Source of the DNA: the human T2T-CHM13v2.0 reference genome, Homo sapiens
Reading direction: 5' to 3' (one strand)
DNA: 64,000 nucleotides
Assembly (NCBI RefSeq): GCF_009914755.1
Contig: NC_060926.1
The translations under genes and the position numbers were made by a program. Below, piece by piece: positions 58,373 to 64,000 of the stretch. Every line of letters begins with the position of its first letter. The first letter of the stretch is position 1. The notes under the pieces were generated by a model that was not told the origin of the DNA, ran no database searches, and worked only from the letters and a program-made list of their open reading frames with translations.

Positions 58373-58824
58373 TGGGATGAGCAAAATGATGGCTCTCTGC
58401 AATGATGACTGCCTCCTAATCCCCCAGATCCTGTGAATATGTCAATTTACACGGCAAAAAATGCTTTGCTGATATGATTAAATCAAAGACTTTGAGATGG
58501 GGAGATTTTCCTGGATTATCAAGGTCTGCCCAATATAGTCACAAAAGTGTTTGTAAGGGAATCAGGAGTGTTAAGATTCAGAAGGAGACTGACAGAGGAA
58601 GGAGAGGTCAGAATTCTGTGAGACCATGAGTCAAGGAATGCAGGCAGTCTCTACAAGTATAAAAAGCAAGAAAATGGCATCTTCCTTAGAGCTTTTAGAG
58701 AAATGCAGCCCTGCCAACACACTTTAGACTTTTGGACTCCAGAACTCTAAAATAATAAATTTCTGTTGCTTTAAGCCATTAAATTTATGGTAATTTGTCA
58801 TGACAGAAATAGGAAACTAATGCA
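58373..58824 (+). mobile_element. MLT1D-like 3' LTR
   Basis: CCTGTGAATATG, TTTGAGATGGGGAGATTTTCCTGGATTATC, AATAAATTTCTGTTGCTTTAAGCC, GGAAACTAATGCA end. Confidence 0.85.
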
Positions 58825-58834
58825 GATTTGAATC

Positions 58835-59244
58835 TTTAGCAGTTAGGGTTGAACCAGGAAAAAAAAAAAGAAAGAAAGAAAGAGTAGGAGACATACATAA
58901 AGAGATTTATTGCAGGAAGTTGGCTTATACAATGGTGAGGGCTGAGTAGACAAGTCCATACCACAGGCCATCAAGAAGGGCAGCTGAAACTCTCAGGCAT
59001 GAGCCAAAGCTTCTGTCCACAGGAAGAACAACTATTCCTTCAGGGAAGCCTCAGCTCTGCTTGTAAGTCTTTTCCACTGATTGAATCAAGCCACTAAGAT
59101 TATTTGGGAGTCTCACTTACTGAAAGTCAACTTTAGTCATATATACAAAAAAAAAATACCTCTAGTGTAACACCTAGATTAGTTTTGACTGAATAAGCAG
59201 GGACTGCAGCCTAGCCAAGCTGATGCATGGAACTGACCATCACA
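58835..59244 (-). mobile_element. MLT2-family (ERVL) LTR
   Basis: GAGATTTATTGCAGGAAGTTGGCTTA...CTAGCCAAG...ACCATCACA terminus. Confidence 0.78.
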
Positions 59245-59259
59245 CCAGTGCACCAAAAT

Positions 59260-59740
59260 TAACATCATCCAAAAGTGGACAAATAGACATCAAGTGATTC
59301 CAGACAAGAGACTCTGAAAATGACACAACCGACTATACAGTATTCATGGCAAAAAAGCAAAACCTGTATCTAATCCCAAGGATCTATCAAATTCAAAGTG
59401 AGAATATTGTTTTTAAAAAATTATTTTTAAAAAATCAATGTTTTAAAAGGCGAAAATAAAAAGGTATGGAAATGTTCCAGATAAAAGAAGGCCAAAGAGA
59501 AATAATTAACTGCAGCCTCGGTTCCACACAAACCTATACTAGAGGGGGGAAAATGCTTATAAAGGGTAAAATTGGAATGTAAGTGGTAGATTAATTAAAA
59601 TATGTAAATGTAAAGTTTACTAGCATTGATAACTGTGCTATTTTTAAGTAAGATAATATGACTTTCTTAGGAAATATACCTTGAAGTACTTAGAGATTAA
59701 AGCCATGGGTAGGTAAATCATCCTCAAATGGTTCAGAAAT
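59260..59740 (+). mobile_element. L1ME-type 3' fragment
   Basis: AATGTTCCAGATAAAAG, CTTAGGAAATATAC, CTCAAATGGTTCAG. Confidence 0.6.
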
Positions 59741-59749
59741 AAATTTCAT

Positions 59750-59797
59750 TCTCTCTCTCTCTCCCTCTGTGTGTGTGTGTGTGTGTGAGTGTGTGTG
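59750..59797. repeat. (TC)n(TG)n compound microsatellite
   Basis: Direct reading. Confidence 0.9.
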
Positions 59798-60958
59798 CAC
59801 AGAAAGAGACTGGTCTGGAGAGTTCTCAATGATTATTTACACAATAAGTGAAGTATCTCAAAAGGCATAACAACTGGTATTTTGGATGATGAAAATTTAG
59901 AAAAATCATGGTATTTAAAGGCATGAGGTAAAGACAAGAGATAAAATAAATATGTCATTCATAATTAACACAGATTTAAATTTTCTAGAATTTTTCTAAT
60001 TAGCACTTTCAGATTCTTTGTGCTATATTTGGTGACCTCTGGGTCTTCCAAGAGTAATTATAACTACAATAATAATAACTAACATTCTAAAATCCACTAG
60101 TTTTGACAACATACAAATTGAGTTTGTTATAATCCAATTATGGTGCTACAATTTTGGTTTTATAAAGTATATAAAAATTTAAATGAAAATTCAATGTATG
60201 CTTACATGCATAAATTTGACAAATTCTAAGAAAGTCAAATTTCTATCAAAAACTTGAATATTCAGATATTAAAATAACACCTTTCTTTTATGGTATAAAT
60301 TATTCTTCCTATTTGATTGATTATTGCAAAATTCATATTTATACCTTACATTATAAATTCAATATATGGCACCTAAATTAGGGTAATGACATATTCATGG
60401 ATAGGGGAACAACTTTCCCTTTGTGCAATGGTTGATTAATAGTAGTTTCTAAAGAAGTATAAGCAGCGTGAGATAAAATAACAAAGCCTGGAGCAAGACA
60501 AAAGCAGTATCAACTACCACTATGTTTTCAATTCTACGCCATATTTTGTTTTTGTCAAACTCAAGCAAGTAGATTTCAACAGTACTGGAGAAAGTCACAC
60601 TGTCCACTCCACTCAAAACTTTCTTTGCCATAATTATATGTGCATATTTTTATGTCCAACCCCTCAGATTCTCATGGATGTGGACTGTAGTTAGACTCAG
60701 AAATGACTTCAGACTCTTCTTGTCATACAACAGGTATAAAAACATCTCTGTTTATCACTTGAGAGTGTTTTTAGAAATAAGAAAATATTTCTGGCATGTT
60801 TTTTATGACCTATGATAGTCCATAATTTTTTCCCACTGTTTAGTCCTATAGCCCTGACTTTTTAATAAAAAGTACTGTGGCCATTGGCTCAAAAGCAAAA
60901 ATGTATGTTCCAATCACTCCAAAATGTCATATAAAATCTAATTTAATCACAAGGATAT

Positions 60959-61020
60959 TGTATCACTTCCCTGTTGCTGCATAACAAGTTATCACAAACT
61001 TAGTAGCTTACAACAACATC
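60959..61020 (-). mobile_element. Short MLT1 LTR end fragment
   Basis: TGTATCACTTCCCTGTTGCTGCATAACAAGTTATCACAAACTTAGTAGCTTACAACAACA. Confidence 0.65.
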
Positions 61021-64000
61021 CGGGACACAGGCTCTAAGGTTTCCACTGCTGAAGAGAAGAAAGGGTCATGGTCCTAAGATAGGCCAGCTAAGTTATTTCC
61101 TCAAACTCTTTCCACTTATACATCAGACAAATCACTCTGTTTTCAGTTCAGAAAAGGACTCAAGAATATTGCACAAGCTCAGACAAAGAAAACTGCTCAA
61201 GATAGTATTGCTGGTATGTAGCAAAGAAGAATCTCAAACTTGCTTGTCTCACTTCGGTGCAGTGCTAGTTCCTTTGTGTGGACTACTTCTTTCTTTAGAT
61301 GTGTGTTTATTTTCTTAATTGAATAAGAAAATGTCTAAGGCAATTCATTATGCAGCATGGAATTACCTAAAGCTTTACCATTAAGGTTACACCACTCATT
61401 GGGTTTAAATGAAGAAGAGTTGTCAGATACATCCTAATATCCATCAGTTACCATGTATCCTGTGATTATTCATTCTCACACAGAGGGATATCTAAAATCC
61501 TCTTGGTAAGTAAGGATTTCAATATCTTTCGTTGTATAAAATTTTAAATTTATAGCAGGACTAATATTGTACAAGGTGTCTGAGCTCTGAGAGCCAGATC
61601 CTTAAATCCAGATAAAGTACTTTGACATCACTAGAGGACAATTACCCAATGCACATTTTTTCTTTTTTTTTTGTTTCCCTGAGTAGCAACATCTGCCCAA
61701 CAAAAGATCATCTCACATATAAGACCTGTAGATGAATGAAAGTTAAACTATTTAGACCAGGTTTCTAAAATGTATGATGCATTGTCATAGTGTATATAAA
61801 TTTATTCAAATTATTTTATGATATATTCTCATAAAAACAGAATTAAAATACTAATAAAGATCTTAATGAACAGGGAAGACAAACACATCATGCTGGATAT
61901 CTAAATTGTAAAAAAAAAAAATAGGCAAAACTTTAAAAAATACTTTTTTATTAAGGAAAAATATCAGAATATAAAGTTTCAGGCAGGTAGCATTATTAGC
62001 CAGTAGAATCTTTTGCTGTAGGATTAAAGTTTTAAAAGTACATTTATTTGCATTTCATTTTTGTTATTATATTGTTTAATGCCTGGAAAAAGTCAGGAGC
62101 ACAATTGTTTGTTTGTTTGTTCAATGGAAAAGTTGAATATTCAGTTGACTCCAGATGGAAAGAGAAAAAAGTATAGATCTTTTGATTTTAGAAATCCTTT
62201 TTATATGTTTCGAAATACTAAATCCCAGTTCAGTGGAAGCCATAATCTCCATGTTAAAACTTTTTTTCTAAAATTAAAAACAGATAAGGAAAAAATATCA
62301 GGGTTTAAGCAACAGATTATATGGAACAGTGACTGGAACCTCCTCTGCAGCTCATTCTACTTAGCAATGGAGACATGACTGGAGCCCAGGCATTGTACCA
62401 TGGTCATCACAACCTCTGCGCACCACCTGCAAATGGGAAATACCAGCAATCTGGATGCATGCAGTTGTGCTTTTGGACTTCCCTCCTGTTTTTACAGGAC
62501 ACTTCCATCTCTCTCCTCCCTTCCCCACCTCCACCACTTTATTCATTCTTCTCTTCAGCCCCCCACGCCTTCCCCACAGGACTATTAGGGTTTTGCTTGG
62601 GATCAGGCCCTGCAGAGACAGCCCAAGTGCTAAGGATGCACCCACTGACCCCAGCTTTGTCAGAGCACTCTCAAGGGCAGCTCATGGGGGTCAGAGAACT
62701 TCTTTGCATTCCAGCACTGCTCTTTGCCATTTGTATGACTTTACCCCTCCATTTACTCTTCTGAATACTGAAAAGATTTAACAGGAGCATCACGCAGGCA
62801 CCTTCCATTTCTAACAGCTCTAGGTCCAATGCCTCTAAGAACAATAAGACTTGGAAGTGCAAAAGCATAAAGCTAATGATGGTGTTCCCAGGGCCAGATG
62901 AATTCTAGGCCTTTGTTATTCCAGAGCAGAAGGAAAATCCCTGAAATAGAAGAAGGGATAGGAGACCTAAGCCACAATCTGGGATAACCATTCCAACAGT
63001 TCAGGGTGACTTGGAGAGGATGAAGCAAAAGACGCGAGACAGAGCAGGCAATTAGGCAGTTTGGAAAGTCTAAGAGATTGGCTTCGAAAAAATACTTCTA
63101 GTGCAAAGGGGGAAACTAGTGTGAGATGTTGCCAATTTAGATGAAGTGATACACGGAGTTTGAAGTGCCTTGCATTTGTTTACGCATCAAAGAAATGATA
63201 CCATGTATTTAGTGCCCAGCATTGGTGATGGTCCAGGAACACAGGTGCTTTCATAATAATGCCTCCTCACTCTCTAAGGACTATAACAAAATGCTATGAT
63301 TTCACAACACAGGGTCCTTTCCTGGCTGAAACATATGCAAATGCATCTGCATTAATATGAATACCAACTAACCAGAACAATGGCTAGAAAGGCATTTTCT
63401 AGCTGTTCTGAGCCTCATACTTGACGATACTTTAGGGATGGAAAGGTGGAAGTTATTATTGCAGCATAGTCAGTTCTGATGGGGCTGTGTTGATTTGTGA
63501 GTCAGCCCAGCAGGCTATCCTATACAAAGAAAACCTCCTGCCTACCTTTCTGGCACTAGAAGCCTCCAGTAGGCACAACTGTGCTAGAATATAATCACTA
63601 ATACTTGTGATTCCCTTATTATTTTCAGAACTACATAGAGACCACTTGAGTAGATGTTAAAGAGAAGAAATTATTAGTGACTCCTTGGCATCTATAAATC
63701 CAATATAGGAAATTTCAATAATTTAAGCTGTTTTTTTGCAAAACTGTCAAGTTGTGCTACATCAAGTTTAGAAGCCTTAATTCCCTTTCCAAAAGAAAAG
63801 AAATATATTTTTCTTGCAATCTACTTACTACGGTGAAGAAAAGAATAAAACTTCCCAATTCCCCACCTCCATTACCTGTCATTCACTCTAGCAATTAGAA
63901 ATAACACAAATGTTCAGTTATTTCTGTCAACCATTCCCACCTCTTGAGATGAGCTTGCACACAATTCTCTCTTAAATCAATTTACTTTACATTACAGAGC

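Noticed and set aside
62361-62868. Cluster of overlapping ORFs
   Set aside because: Locally higher GC lowers stop frequency; no homology recognised

Overview
AT-rich, CpG-poor primate (probably human) non-coding DNA, intergenic or deep intronic. I recognise no protein-coding gene, RNA gene or CpG island. The longer ORFs are Alu, L1 or MaLR read-throughs or have no recognisable homology. Much of the window is interspersed repeats: 9 Alus (AluJ to a very young truncated AluY), several L1s, ERV1/MaLR/ERVL LTRs, a two-LTR MST element, DNA-transposon fossils and MIRs. The main points of interest are: (i) a decayed ERV-L pol (tether + RNase H) fossil readable only across stops and frameshifts, (ii) two 110-140 bp templated insertions copied from 1-2 kb away into old L1s, (iii) four L1s with large internal deletions, two with near-identical ORF2 breakpoints, (iv) an inversion/deletion at the MST LTR-internal junction, and (v) a young AluY with a perfect TSD. 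I find no evidence for a new biological system. Subfamily names come from recalled consensus sequences and need RepeatMasker/Dfam confirmation.
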